A stretch of 64,000 nucleotides of DNA from an uncultured bacterium (lineage in GTDB: Bacteria > Macinerneyibacteriota > Macinerneyibacteria > Macinerneyibacteriales > CAYRFE01), in assembly GCA_964423645.1 (NCBI GenBank), contig CAYRFE010000010.1, positions 21,264-85,263 on the forward strand, written 5' to 3'. Positions 51,463 to 61,190 of the stretch are shown in pieces. The notes below the pieces were generated by a model. That model saw nothing but the letters and a program-made list of their open reading frames with translations. It was not told the DNA's origin and ran no database searches. The stretch's first letter is position 1; each line of letters opens with the position of its first letter. A program made the position numbers and the translations under genes.

Positions 51463-52209
51463 TTATACCAATGTTTTTAACACCCGCCGCAATCGATGAA
51501 GTGCTGATGCCCGAATTTGTGATACACGTGATTCACTGACACTTAATACGGCACCAATCTCTTTCAAATTGAGTTTCTCATAGTAATAGAGAATAATCAC
51601 AAGCTTTTCCGTTTCAGGTAATGAAGAAACAGAGTCCTTCAGTGCCTCGAATATTTCTTCGATCTCTAATTTTTCTTGCGCCGAGGGATTATTTTTATCT
51701 TCAATGATTGATATGAAAGAATCATGATCAAAAGTCAATTCCGTGTCATATGACAACACCGCCAATGAGTCCAATTGACCTATCACTGCATAATATTCAT
51801 CGACTGTCATATCGGCTTCTTGTGCTATATCTTCCGGTTGCGGTTCGGTTTTCAACCGAACTCTCAGTACGTCTATCGCATGATTGATAATTTTCTCTTT
51901 AGCCCGAAGCGTACGTGAAACCGCGTCATGTTGACGTAAGTAATCCCAAATCGAACCTTTAATGCGTCGATATGCAAACGTGATGAACTCAACACCTTTC
52001 GTGGGGTCAAAATTATCAACCGCTTCGATAAGTCCGACACACCCGACACTCACGAGTTCATGTCGATCGATGCCGTCAAACGACGCAACAGCCATACTGC
52101 CGACAATTTTTTTCACTAAAGTAAGATAATACTCAATAATTTTCGATCTGACCGATTCCGTCTTATTGAGTCGAAAATCTTCCCACAGCGCGAACTCATC
52201 CTTCAACAT
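51463..52209 (-). CDS. fliA: Flagellar sigma factor FliA (sigma-28)
   Basis: Sigma-70 regions 2 and 4 in sigma-28 arrangement; context after flhF-flhG. Confidence 0.88.
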   Translation of the reverse strand: MLKDEFALWEDFRLNKTESVRSKIIEYYLTLVKKIVGSMAVASFDGIDRHELVSVGCVGLIEAVDNFDPTKGVEFITFAYRRIKGSIWDYLRQHDAVSRTLRAKEKIINHAIDVLRVRLKTEPQPEDIAQEADMTVDEYYAVIGQLDSLAVLSYDTELTFDHDSFISIIEDKNNPSAQEKLEIEEIFEALKDSVSSLPETEKLVIILYYYEKLNLKEIGAVLSVSESRVSQIRASALHRLRRVLKTLV

Positions 52210-52483
52210 TCAGGTTGTCTCCTTTATCATTCTCACTGTTCCGTCTTTTGGTCGAATGTAATACATCGCGCAACCGTTTATGTTCCATTTCATTCACAAT
52301 GACGGTCTCCAATATTTTTCCAAGTGCAGAAAAAAAGAAAAAAATGACCGCGGCTCCGGCAGCGATATACCAAAAATCCGCTTTTTTACCGTACAATAAA
52401 AATGCCGCGGCAAATGCCGCAATACCGGCAACCACAACCACTCCATGATGCAATATGACGAGAGAATCATCGTGGGTCATCAC
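52196..52483 (-). CDS. Small two-TM membrane protein
   Basis: 95 aa with two hydrophobic helices; overlaps both neighbours. Confidence 0.45.
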   Translation of the reverse strand: MMTHDDSLVILHHGVVVVAGIAAFAAAFLLYGKKADFWYIAAGAAVIFFFFSALGKILETVIVNEMEHKRLRDVLHSTKRRNSENDKGDNLNVEG

Positions 52484-53103
52484 ATACCGCCGATATAATA
52501 GTAAAATTTCATTCGCTCTTCTTCTGAAAGACTCACAAATTGAACCCCGACCAAATATCCGTCACCTTTCACGTCAACACGCTTTGCATATCCAAATACA
52601 CGAGTTTTCGGACCTTTAGGGAAAAATATCGTTAACTCAATATTTTGTTCATCTTCAAACGGATATTGTGTGGTGATCATACCGCCGCCTGCGCTCATAT
52701 CAATGAATGTCCCCTGCTGATCACGCCAATCAACACTCGGTAAGGGAAGAATTCGCATCGTTACGGGAATTGCACATTCGCGTCGCTCATACTGACGCCG
52801 ATTAGACTCTTTTATGTTTTTCGGATACTCGATACCCAGCATCGGTTCAGGATCAAGAGTTCTACTGACAATGCGCACATAAAATTCAAACATTCGCTGA
52901 GACTCAAAGTAAAAGCAACGCACTATCTCACCGCGAGGCAACGGCATGATCATACCGTTTTTCGAGGGTGTAGAGACGGTAAATGTTGCATTCTTTTGTA
53001 TGCCGAGAATTTGTGTTCGGTACACGCCGGCATACGGATCACCGAAAATCTCAATAAATATTCGCATCTTCTCTTTTAATTGACGACCACCGAACAAACT
53101 CAC
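52480..53103 (-). CDS. PilZ-domain protein, YcgR-like c-di-GMP-binding flagellar brake candidate
   Basis: RRQYERRE (RxxxR) and DMSAGGG (DxSxxG) c-di-GMP-binding motifs plus an N-terminal YcgR-like domain. Confidence 0.8.
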   Translation of the reverse strand: MSLFGGRQLKEKMRIFIEIFGDPYAGVYRTQILGIQKNATFTVSTPSKNGMIMPLPRGEIVRCFYFESQRMFEFYVRIVSRTLDPEPMLGIEYPKNIKESNRRQYERRECAIPVTMRILPLPSVDWRDQQGTFIDMSAGGGMITTQYPFEDEQNIELTIFFPKGPKTRVFGYAKRVDVKGDGYLVGVQFVSLSEEERMKFYYYIGGM

Positions 53104-53945
53104 TTTTTCACCCCCAAAAACGCAAGGGCCTTTGAAAAGAAATTCATTGTCTGTTCATTTTGGGGTTTTCTTTTTATAAGATCTTTCGCAATCTGTCGGA
53201 AACATCCCGATGACATCGACTGCGGGTGCCGTAAAAACACCGGTGTTTGTTCTCGCACAGACTGCTTTAAGCGTTCATCATATAACACATACCCGAAATA
53301 CGTTACTCCGTATTTTAAAAACTTTGTTGACACAAGATTTAATTTTTCAGCTACGTCAACGGCGTCTTTTTTATTATTAACCATATTTACCACGAGTTTC
53401 AACGACGTATCCGGATTATTTCGTGTAATGACCTTTATCATCGCATATGCATCAGTCATGGCCGTTGGATCAGGAGTAGTGATAATGATCGTTTCATCAC
53501 ATGCGTAAATAAAACTCATAACATTTGCACTCATACCGGATCCTGTATCGATAAGTAAAAAATCATATGCGTCTTCCAATTTTGCAAGGTGAAAGGCCAG
53601 GCGATTATGATCATTTTCCGATAACTCACTCATTTCCTGCACACCGCTTGCGGCAGGAACTATCGCAATACCTTCAGGTCCCTGGACGATGACATCATCA
53701 AAAGAGCGTTCATTTCTCAAGAAATGAACCAAATTGTATCTCGGACGGATACCATAGAGGACATCCACGTTACCCAAGCTCAGGTCGGCATCGAAAATGC
53801 ACACGGTCTTTCCCTCGGCACGAAGCGCAAGAGCAACATTTGCGACAAAGTTTGATTTCCCCACTCCTCCCTTACCACTCGTAATAGTGATAATCCGTCG
53901 TTCTTTACCAACGAGTTGCGAAAGGGAATATGCTTGATTCTCCAT
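53100..53945 (-). CDS. flhG: Flagellar number regulator FlhG (MinD/ParA-type ATPase, YlxH)
   Basis: Deviant Walker A SGKGGVGKS. Confidence 0.88.
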   Translation of the reverse strand: MENQAYSLSQLVGKERRIITITSGKGGVGKSNFVANVALALRAEGKTVCIFDADLSLGNVDVLYGIRPRYNLVHFLRNERSFDDVIVQGPEGIAIVPAASGVQEMSELSENDHNRLAFHLAKLEDAYDFLLIDTGSGMSANVMSFIYACDETIIITTPDPTAMTDAYAMIKVITRNNPDTSLKLVVNMVNNKKDAVDVAEKLNLVSTKFLKYGVTYFGYVLYDERLKQSVREQTPVFLRHPQSMSSGCFRQIAKDLIKRKPQNEQTMNFFSKALAFLGVKK

Positions 53946-53947
53946 AC

Positions 53948-55120
53948 TTATACTCCTTTAAGAAGTTTTGTCACAAGGTACTTTTTATCGGCGGTCAAAA
54001 TGTCTTCCGGTATATTCTGTCCATTGGTAACGTACGCCAACGGACGATTTACATTAATACTCATGGATAAAAGAAATCCGAATGTGGTCGTTTCGTCAAG
54101 TTTTGTAAAGATGATTTTATCAATGCGAAAGACGTTAAAGCGTTTGACCGTCTCATACATATCGCGAATCTTAGATGTTGCCGATAATACACAATATACT
54201 TCATCCGGGCTCAAAATAGTGCAGTATTTCTCTAGTTCTTCCAGACTTCTCGTATCACCCGGAGATCGACCGATCGTATCAACAAAAATAACATCTTTAT
54301 CCGAAAAACGTCGCATCGCGCCGGAAATATCGTCTGCGGTATAAGCAATCTCAATCGGAAGATCAAGAATATTCGCAAACGTTTTCAATTGCTCAACCGC
54401 GCCCAAACGAAAAGTATCAATCGTTAATAATCCCACTTTTTTATTTTGATAAATAACCGCATTCGCTGCCAATTTCGCAAGAGTGGTGGTCTTCCCCACG
54501 CCCGTCGGACCGATAAACATAACAACATAATTACTTTTTTTAATAGAGATTCCTTTTGACAGCGATAACAGATCGCCGGCAATACTGCGAAGACGTTCAT
54601 TAATTGTCTCAGGAGATACTTCTCCAAGTTCTTTGTACAACTTGTCGACGACTTGATAGGCAATATATTCTTCTACATCATTACTCATAAGTTTTATGAA
54701 TAACTCTTTGTAATACCCGGAAAACGTTATTCGATCCTGCACGAGCACGGTTTCTTTGAGTTGCTCTATGGTCGTTCGCAATCCCGCGATCTCCTGTTCA
54801 ATGGCTTTTGCAGAAAACGTAGTCGTACTGCTGTATTCAGCTTTGGGACGAATATTCTCCCTCATCGGAGCAACCTCAACCACAGACTCCATATACGAAT
54901 CATTGTCTTCTGCCGGAGGGGCAACCGTAATACCGGATGAATCGGCAGGTTCATAATCGATCGCCGCAGTCACTTCGATCTCTGTCTTACCGATCATACC
55001 TAAAAAACCGTCTTTGACAACCTGTTGCGTCTTCAGTATGACCGCATTTGCGCCAAGTTCGTTGCGAACCATCTTTAACGCATCTTTTATACTGTCTGCA
55101 CGAAATTTCTTGATCTTCAT
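53948..55120 (-). CDS. flhF: Flagellar biosynthesis GTPase FlhF
   Basis: SRP-type GTPase motifs GPTGVGKTTT, DTIGR. Confidence 0.9.
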   Translation of the reverse strand: MKIKKFRADSIKDALKMVRNELGANAVILKTQQVVKDGFLGMIGKTEIEVTAAIDYEPADSSGITVAPPAEDNDSYMESVVEVAPMRENIRPKAEYSSTTTFSAKAIEQEIAGLRTTIEQLKETVLVQDRITFSGYYKELFIKLMSNDVEEYIAYQVVDKLYKELGEVSPETINERLRSIAGDLLSLSKGISIKKSNYVVMFIGPTGVGKTTTLAKLAANAVIYQNKKVGLLTIDTFRLGAVEQLKTFANILDLPIEIAYTADDISGAMRRFSDKDVIFVDTIGRSPGDTRSLEELEKYCTILSPDEVYCVLSATSKIRDMYETVKRFNVFRIDKIIFTKLDETTTFGFLLSMSINVNRPLAYVTNGQNIPEDILTADKKYLVTKLLKGV

Positions 55121-57174
55121 GACTGCACTCCAATCATACCTATTACCTGAACCGAAATACCCGGATCAATTTCATTATACGACAAAACGGTGGCATCGGG
55201 GAAATATCCTTCAATTAATCGTCTGTAATACGGTCTCACGTTGGGAGACACAAGAAATAACGGTGGAATTCCCTTGTCGGTGCTTTGTTTCTTTATAGAA
55301 TCAACTACTCGTTTATATAATCCGGGTTCTAACGATACATTCATGCCGAATGTTGTTTGTTTCAATGAAGAGACGATCGTCTGCTCAAGCTCCGGATCGA
55401 GTGTAAATGCTTGTAGAGTTCCCGCATTGAGATAATTATGAATAAACTGTTTGGAAAGCGATAACCGAACATATTCGGTCAGAATATCGATATCCTTCAC
55501 TGTATCAATGTAATCGGCAACGGTCTCAAGGATCGTCGTCATATCTCGCACAGATATTCCCTCATGTAAAAGATTTTGAAGTATTTTTTGAAGATTTCCG
55601 ACAGATATTTTCCCGGGTATGATCTCGTCCACAACCACTGCATTTTGCTTCTTTGCATTGTCAATGAGCTCATTGACATCCTGGCGGGTTATTATTTCAT
55701 CTGCACGGCGTTTAATGAGTTCAGTAAGATGAGTGGCAATAACCGCCGCAGGTTCTACCACGGTATAGCCGAGCACTTCAGCACGTTCTTTATCCTCTTT
55801 CCGTATCCACGTAGCGGCAAGATTAAAAACCGGTTCAATCGTTTGTATACCCTCGATCTCTCCGGTGACAGTACCCGGGTTCATGGCGAGCACATACTCG
55901 GGCATCAACTCTCCGTTCCCCGCTTCCACGCCTTTGATATTTATCGCATATTGATTCGGTTTCAACTGCATATTATCGCGAATTCGAATAGGAGGCATGA
56001 TAAAACCGACATCCATTGCGATTTGTTTTCGTATCATTGATATCCTGCTTAAAAGGTCTCCGTCACGTTCCTTGTCGACAAGAAAAATCAAACCGTATCC
56101 GATCTCAAGCTCAAGCGTATCAACCTGCATCATTGACCCGATCTCTTTACGTTCGTCTTCGGGTGTCATCACCTGTGAGGCATCTTCCGAAGCCTTCATT
56201 TTCGCCGCTTCGGTCGCAGCAAGAGCTTCTGTTTTGACGGTCGCTTTCATAGTATACGCGATTGACCCGAATATTGCGGCAAGCACAAGAAACGGCAGCG
56301 CGGGAAAACCCGGCATGAATGCAAAAAAAGCCAAAGAAATCGCGGCGACGATCAACGCACGAGGTTGCCCTGTCATTTGTTTAATAAACTCACTGCCGAA
56401 ATCAGACTCACTCGCGGCACGCGTCACGATCATACCAGCCGAGGTTGAAATAATAAGAGCAGGCATTTGTGAAACAAGTCCGTCACCAACGGTTAAAATC
56501 GTATACGTTGCACCTGCAACATCCCAGGGCATGCCCTTTTGTGCGATACCGACGATAAATCCGACAACAATATTTAAAACGGTAATAATGATACCCGCGA
56601 TTGCATCACCGCGCACGAACTTCGATGCTCCGTCCATCGCGCCGTAAAAATCTGCTTCTCGGCGAATTTCCTCACGACGACGACGTGCTTCGCCTTCATC
56701 GATCATGCCGGCATTGAGATCGGCATCAATCGCCATCTGCTTTCCGGGCATTGCATCAAGAGTAAAACGTGCGGCAACTTCGGCAATACGGGTCGCGCCT
56801 TTCGTGATGACCACAAATTGAATAATGACCAATATAACAAAGATCGTAAAACCGACAATGTAATTTCCTCCAACCACGAAATTACCGAATGCGGCAATGA
56901 TACGCCCCGCCTCCGCATTAAGAAGAATGGAACGAGTGGTCGCCACATTCAATGACAATCTGAAAAGCGTCATTACAAGCAGTATCGACGGATATGCCGA
57001 AAGCTCCAACGGTTTTATGATATAGATCGTAATAAACAATAAAAGAACAGACCCGGCAATATTCGCCGCGATGAGAAAATCAAGCAAAAATTGAGGTACG
57101 GGAATGATCATGAGCAATATTACGCCCATAACGGCAAGCGGCACTGCAATACTGTATATCGCACGATTATTCAT
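55117..57174 (-). CDS. flhA: Flagellar export apparatus protein FlhA
   Basis: FlhA TM region and FHIPEP motifs; start set at ATG 57174 (MNNRAIYSIA...) rather than the TTG at 57189. Confidence 0.93.
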   Translation of the reverse strand: MNNRAIYSIAVPLAVMGVILLMIIPVPQFLLDFLIAANIAGSVLLLFITIYIIKPLELSAYPSILLVMTLFRLSLNVATTRSILLNAEAGRIIAAFGNFVVGGNYIVGFTIFVILVIIQFVVITKGATRIAEVAARFTLDAMPGKQMAIDADLNAGMIDEGEARRRREEIRREADFYGAMDGASKFVRGDAIAGIIITVLNIVVGFIVGIAQKGMPWDVAGATYTILTVGDGLVSQMPALIISTSAGMIVTRAASESDFGSEFIKQMTGQPRALIVAAISLAFFAFMPGFPALPFLVLAAIFGSIAYTMKATVKTEALAATEAAKMKASEDASQVMTPEDERKEIGSMMQVDTLELEIGYGLIFLVDKERDGDLLSRISMIRKQIAMDVGFIMPPIRIRDNMQLKPNQYAINIKGVEAGNGELMPEYVLAMNPGTVTGEIEGIQTIEPVFNLAATWIRKEDKERAEVLGYTVVEPAAVIATHLTELIKRRADEIITRQDVNELIDNAKKQNAVVVDEIIPGKISVGNLQKILQNLLHEGISVRDMTTILETVADYIDTVKDIDILTEYVRLSLSKQFIHNYLNAGTLQAFTLDPELEQTIVSSLKQTTFGMNVSLEPGLYKRVVDSIKKQSTDKGIPPLFLVSPNVRPYYRRLIEGYFPDATVLSYNEIDPGISVQVIGMIGVQS

Positions 57175-57180
57175 ACCGCC

Positions 57181-57209
57181 ATTATACAATTTTTACGTTT
57201 AAAAGTCAA
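57181..57209 (-). promoter_or_regulatory. Perfect sigma70 consensus promoter TTGACT-N17-TATAAT abutting the flhA start
   Basis: Minus strand reads GTTGACTtttaaacgtaaaaattgTATAATggcggtATG; only 6 nt separate the -10 from the ATG. Confidence 0.6.
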
Positions 57210-57300
57210 CACATACAGCGCTTTTCTATTGACCGCCGCAGGTATAATGGTATCATAACGTCATTACGGAAAAATAAAACAACCGACGAAAGGCAGCGCC

Positions 57301-58059
57301 ATGACAATTGACCTCAACTGCGATATGGGTGAAGGATACGGAACCTACACGATCGGCAACGACGAAGCAATAATGCCCTTTATTTCTTCTGCAAATATCG
57401 CATGCGGTTTTCATGCGGGCGACCCGTCTGTGATCATGCACACCATTCGTCTGGCAAAAAAACATCATGTCGCGATCGGAGCACACCCTGGATATCCCGA
57501 TCTGGCAGGCTTCGGACGCCGTACTATGCACATGAGCCCCGACGAGCTGTATGCAAGCATGCTGTATCAAGTCGGTGCACTCAAAAGCATGGCCGAAGCC
57601 TTGGGCACGACATTACACCATGTCAAACCGCACGGCGCACTCTATAATGATGCGGCAAAAAACGAAGACATCGCATCTGCGATGATCAATGCCGTGAAGG
57701 ACATCGACAATTCGCTTTTATTCGTCGGACTCGCACAATCTGTCATGCTTCACGCGGCAGAAAAAGCAGGATTACGTACATTACACGAGTTTTTTGCCGA
57801 CCGTTCGTATAATGATGACGGATCCCTTGTTTCACGACAACTACCGGGAGCGGTCATTCACGATACCGAAACTGTACTGCATCGTGTGATCGGCATGATA
57901 AGGACCAATACCGTTCAAACTATGAGCGGTAAAACAATTCCAATCACTGCGCACACGATCTGCATTCACGGCGACAATCCTCACGCCCCCGAATTCGCAC
58001 GCATGTTGCATGAACGTTTAACGGCTGAAAACATACGAATTCACGCTCCCGAAAGGTGA
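57301..58059 (+). CDS. pxpA: 5-oxoprolinase subunit A (LamB/YcsF family)
   Basis: MTIDLNCDMGEGYG N-terminus typical of LamB/YcsF. Confidence 0.9.
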   Translation: MTIDLNCDMGEGYGTYTIGNDEAIMPFISSANIACGFHAGDPSVIMHTIRLAKKHHVAIGAHPGYPDLAGFGRRTMHMSPDELYASMLYQVGALKSMAEALGTTLHHVKPHGALYNDAAKNEDIASAMINAVKDIDNSLLFVGLAQSVMLHAAEKAGLRTLHEFFADRSYNDDGSLVSRQLPGAVIHDTETVLHRVIGMIRTNTVQTMSGKTIPITAHTICIHGDNPHAPEFARMLHERLTAENIRIHAPER

Positions 58060-58060
58060 T

Positions 58061-58789
58061 TTGCGAATGTATAGAATTGTACCCGCGGGAGACTCTGCAT
58101 TCATCATTAAAGCAGGCGATACCATCGCGGCAGAGACAAACGACCGCGTTCACGCATTGTATGCCACAATTAACGCCGCCGCAATTCCCGGCATCATTGA
58201 ATGTATACCTGCGTATTCCGAACTCACCGTATGCTATGATCCGTGTGTCATTGAATACACATCCCTTGTAGCGCAGTTGAAACAATGCACTGCGTCCGTA
58301 TATTCGACCACGCCACGTACGGGGATGCGCATATTCATACCTGTCGCATACGGCGGAGAATACGGCCCCGATCTTGCCGAGGTCGCGGATCGTCACACAA
58401 TGAGCCACGAAGAAGTCATTACTGCGCATACAAAAAACGAATATCGTGTCTATATGCTCGGATTTACACCGGGATTCCCTTATCTGGGAGGACTTGATCC
58501 CGCCATTGCAACCCCTCGCCGCGCGACACCGCGCACACTCATCCCTGCGGGCTCGGTCGGCATCGCCGATATGCAGACCGGCATTTACCCGATAGAAAGC
58601 CCCGGCGGGTGGAATCTTATCGGTCGTACACCGCTCTCATTGTTTACCCCGCATCAAAGCGAACCGTTTCTTATCAACGCAGGCGATACACTTCGTTTTT
58701 ATGCAATAGATGCACAAGAATTCGAACAACTGCACGATGCCGTTCTACGCGGTACTTGTGTCGTGAAAAAAGAAAGCATCACGATATGA
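58061..58789 (+). CDS. pxpB: 5-oxoprolinase subunit B (KipI / allophanate hydrolase subunit 1-like)
   Basis: Family similarity and conserved pxpABC order. Confidence 0.85.
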   Translation: MRMYRIVPAGDSAFIIKAGDTIAAETNDRVHALYATINAAAIPGIIECIPAYSELTVCYDPCVIEYTSLVAQLKQCTASVYSTTPRTGMRIFIPVAYGGEYGPDLAEVADRHTMSHEEVITAHTKNEYRVYMLGFTPGFPYLGGLDPAIATPRRATPRTLIPAGSVGIADMQTGIYPIESPGGWNLIGRTPLSLFTPHQSEPFLINAGDTLRFYAIDAQEFEQLHDAVLRGTCVVKKESITI

Positions 58790-59718
58790 CACAGCTTATC
58801 ATCCGACACGCCGGCATGTTCACCACCGTGCAAGACAACGGACGATACGGTTTTCAGCGCTACGGAATGCCTGTTTCGGGGGTGATGGACACCTATTCAT
58901 ACCGATGTGCAAATCTACTCGTCGGGAATCGTCTCAACGAAGCCTGCCTTGAAGCAACGTTATCGGGACCGCACTTTGAATGCACTGAAGCGTGTTGTAT
59001 CGCGCTCACCGGCGCTGACATGTCGCCAACGGTTAATAATGAACCGATTCTGATGTATACGCCGATCATTATGAAAAAGGGTGACGTCTTTTCGTCATCA
59101 TTTGCACGAAACGGGTGCCGTATGTATATTGCGGTCGCAGGCGGAATTGATGTGCCAGTTGTGATGAACAGCCGTTCTACCTACGTTCGAGCAAAACTGG
59201 GCGGCTATGAAGGACGACAATTACACACAGGCGACAATCTTCATGTAGGGAATACCACTCACAAACCTCTATCATACGCGCTACCGAATGACTACATTCC
59301 ATCGTATGAAAAGAACAGTGAACTGCGAATCATACCGGGACCGGAAGCATCGGCATTTACCTTCGAAGGGATCAGACGTTTTCTCACTACGGAATACGTT
59401 GTCAGTGATCAAAGCGACCGCATGGGATACAGACTCCAAGGTGCGACGATTGATCATAAAACAACTGCTGATATCATTTCCTCAGGCATCACGTTCGGCA
59501 CCGTTCAGGTACCGGGAAACGGGCAACCGATCATCCTTTTGGCAGACCGACAAACCACGGGAGGCTACACACGCATCGCACATGTGATAAGTGTCGATCT
59601 TCCGCGTCTTGCGCAATTGAAACCGGGGAATACAATTCGCTTTCGAGAAGTATCACTTGAATATGCGCAGGAATTATTGAAGAATGAAGTGAGTACGTTG
59701 CAAAAACTTAAGAAATAA
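58786..59718 (+). CDS. pxpC: 5-oxoprolinase subunit C (KipA / allophanate hydrolase subunit 2-like)
   Basis: Start reassigned to ATG 58786 (MTQLIIRHAGMFTTVQDNGR...), which overlaps the pxpB stop as ATGA. Confidence 0.85.
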   Translation: MTQLIIRHAGMFTTVQDNGRYGFQRYGMPVSGVMDTYSYRCANLLVGNRLNEACLEATLSGPHFECTEACCIALTGADMSPTVNNEPILMYTPIIMKKGDVFSSSFARNGCRMYIAVAGGIDVPVVMNSRSTYVRAKLGGYEGRQLHTGDNLHVGNTTHKPLSYALPNDYIPSYEKNSELRIIPGPEASAFTFEGIRRFLTTEYVVSDQSDRMGYRLQGATIDHKTTADIISSGITFGTVQVPGNGQPIILLADRQTTGGYTRIAHVISVDLPRLAQLKPGNTIRFREVSLEYAQELLKNEVSTLQKLKK

Positions 59719-59911
59719 TTGAAATGCAATTAGTTATAAATCTATCTACACATCCTTATAATCCGGGATGCATTCTCTCTTTTCAGCATGTATTCTAATT
59801 TCTAGAATGATTTTTTAACCATTCTTTTGCTTGTATACTTGCCCTCTCGTAAATTTCTGGTATGTACTTCTTGTGCAATATAAATCCTTTCTTCTTATTT
59901 TATTTACAAAT

Positions 59912-60475
59912 CTAAGAATTTATAGTTTTAAAAAATGTTTCTGCTCTTTTTTTAATCTCATCTTGCTCTTGTTTGCTAAGTCGATTAAAGATGTTTTTAA
60001 ATACCATGCCAAAGTCTTTGTATTCTTCTTCGTCATTAATTTTATTTAGAATTGATAAATAAAACCAATACGAAGCTTCTTTTAAATCAATTTCAATATT
60101 GCCCTTGCCCATATAATAATAAAGACCAACTTGAACTTGTGAAATACGTTCATTTTTTAAAGCTGCTCTCATAAAATATTCAAATGCCATTTTATCATCT
60201 TTTTGAACTCCTTTACCTATTTTATATGCACCCCCAACAATTGTTAACGCATGCTTATCGCCGGACTCAGCAGCTCGTAAATACCATTTAAATGCTTCTT
60301 CATAATTTTTTTCTATGCCATCACCCTCTTGATATGCCGTTGCTAAACTCATTTGAGCGCTAACATCACCTTTTTCAGCTCTTATCCGTAAGGATTGTAT
60401 AGGACTTTCGGGCTGTGGAGTACATGATATTAAAACCCAAAGAACAATGCTAAGAGTAAACAATAATCGCTTCAT
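59912..60475 (-). CDS. Sel1-like repeat lipoprotein (AT-rich)
   Basis: Lipobox-like LISCT; Sel1 repeats (KNYEEAFKWYLRAAESGD..., GVQKDDKMAFEYFMRAA). Confidence 0.75.
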   Translation of the reverse strand: MKRLLFTLSIVLWVLISCTPQPESPIQSLRIRAEKGDVSAQMSLATAYQEGDGIEKNYEEAFKWYLRAAESGDKHALTIVGGAYKIGKGVQKDDKMAFEYFMRAALKNERISQVQVGLYYYMGKGNIEIDLKEASYWFYLSILNKINDEEEYKDFGMVFKNIFNRLSKQEQDEIKKRAETFFKTINS

Positions 60476-60504
60476 CTTTGACCTCCGTAATTACCAATAT
60501 CAAT

Positions 60505-60540
60505 TCCTATCCCCAACACCACCGTATTCTCCCACCTGCT
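60505..60540 (-). promoter_or_regulatory. Conserved 5' element shared with 8991-9030
   Basis: Identical 32-bp core upstream of the start codon. Confidence 0.5.
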
Positions 60541-60705
60541 GAATGACAGCCAATAATAGCATGAAAAATGAAAACCGCAAAGTGTGTTTTGAGCTTAATC
60601 AAAAAAAGATCTTAATAGTTCTACATTCCTACCGAATGGAGTCTGGTAAGGGCAATTCATGAATTGCCCTTACGAATTCGGTTGCTAGAGCTGAAATCTC
60701 ACAAG

Positions 60706-60794
60706 GCTGTCATCTCGAACCTACTGCGTGAGAGATCATGCTATTAAAATAACAGGATTTCTCCTCACCCGTAGGGTTCGTCGAAATGACAACA
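60706..60794. repeat. Repeat family B, module B2 (MITE-like, imperfect terminal inverted repeats)
   Basis: TGTCATCTCGAAC ... TTCGTCGAAATGACA termini; internal long hairpin CCTACtGcGTGAG/CTCACcCGTAGG; second copy at 62201-62337. Confidence 0.6.
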
Positions 60795-60804
60795 TACGGG
60801 ATTT

Positions 60805-60888
60805 AGCTCCCCCTCGCGGTTACGCGTTTCCCCCTCTTTGCAAAAAAGAGGGGGAAAAAGAACGGCCTTAAAAAATCAGCATGAAACA
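60805..60888. repeat. Repeat family B, module B1
   Basis: About 94% identical to 61932-62015; contains the perfect hairpin CCCCCTCTTTgcaaaaAAGAGGGGG. Confidence 0.65.
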
Positions 60889-61039
60889 ATTCAAGTATTT
60901 TTTCGTGAAACACCACATACTGTGTGAGCGTAGCGAGTTTATGTGGTGTAGAAAAAATACGCAGAATTGTAGATGATTTTTTACAGCCTTGACCTTTTTG
61001 TTACTTTTTGTGGCAAGACAAAAAGTAAGGCATGATTTT

Positions 61040-61165
61040 ATAAGTTGTGCCATCCCCAAACCCCTTCCGCTGAATTCGGAAGGGGCTTCACGATTTTAAT
61101 AATGGGGACTTCGTGCCCACACCCCTTTAAGATTTCGCTTCTGTTATAAATTTTTCTCTTTTGCC
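61040..61165 (-). repeat. Repeat family A copy 7 (reverse orientation, variant hairpin 2)
   Basis: Hairpin 2 CCCTTCCGctgaattCGGAAGGG at 61061-61085; hairpin 1 GGGGACTTCGTGCCC at 61104-61118. Confidence 0.7.
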
Positions 61166-61190
61166 CACAATTGCACTTTTTTTAGTCCGA

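Noticed and set aside
57215-57260. TTGACC...TATAAT upstream of pxpA as a promoter
   Set aside because: The TATAAT at 57243-57248 is exact, but the nearest TTGACC is only 8 nt upstream. The proper -35 position reads gctttt. There is at best a weak -10-only promoter, so it is not listed as a feature.
60805-60888. Perfect hairpin CCCCCTCTTTgcaaaaAAGAGGGGG (also at about 61950-61975) as an intrinsic terminator
   Set aside because: No U-tract follows on either strand. It recurs as part of repeat module B1. It is treated as a repeat-borne structure rather than a terminator.
60868-61059. ORF 60868-61059 (-) 63 aa
   Set aside because: It lies within the mosaic family-B/family-A repeat region. It has no coding signal.
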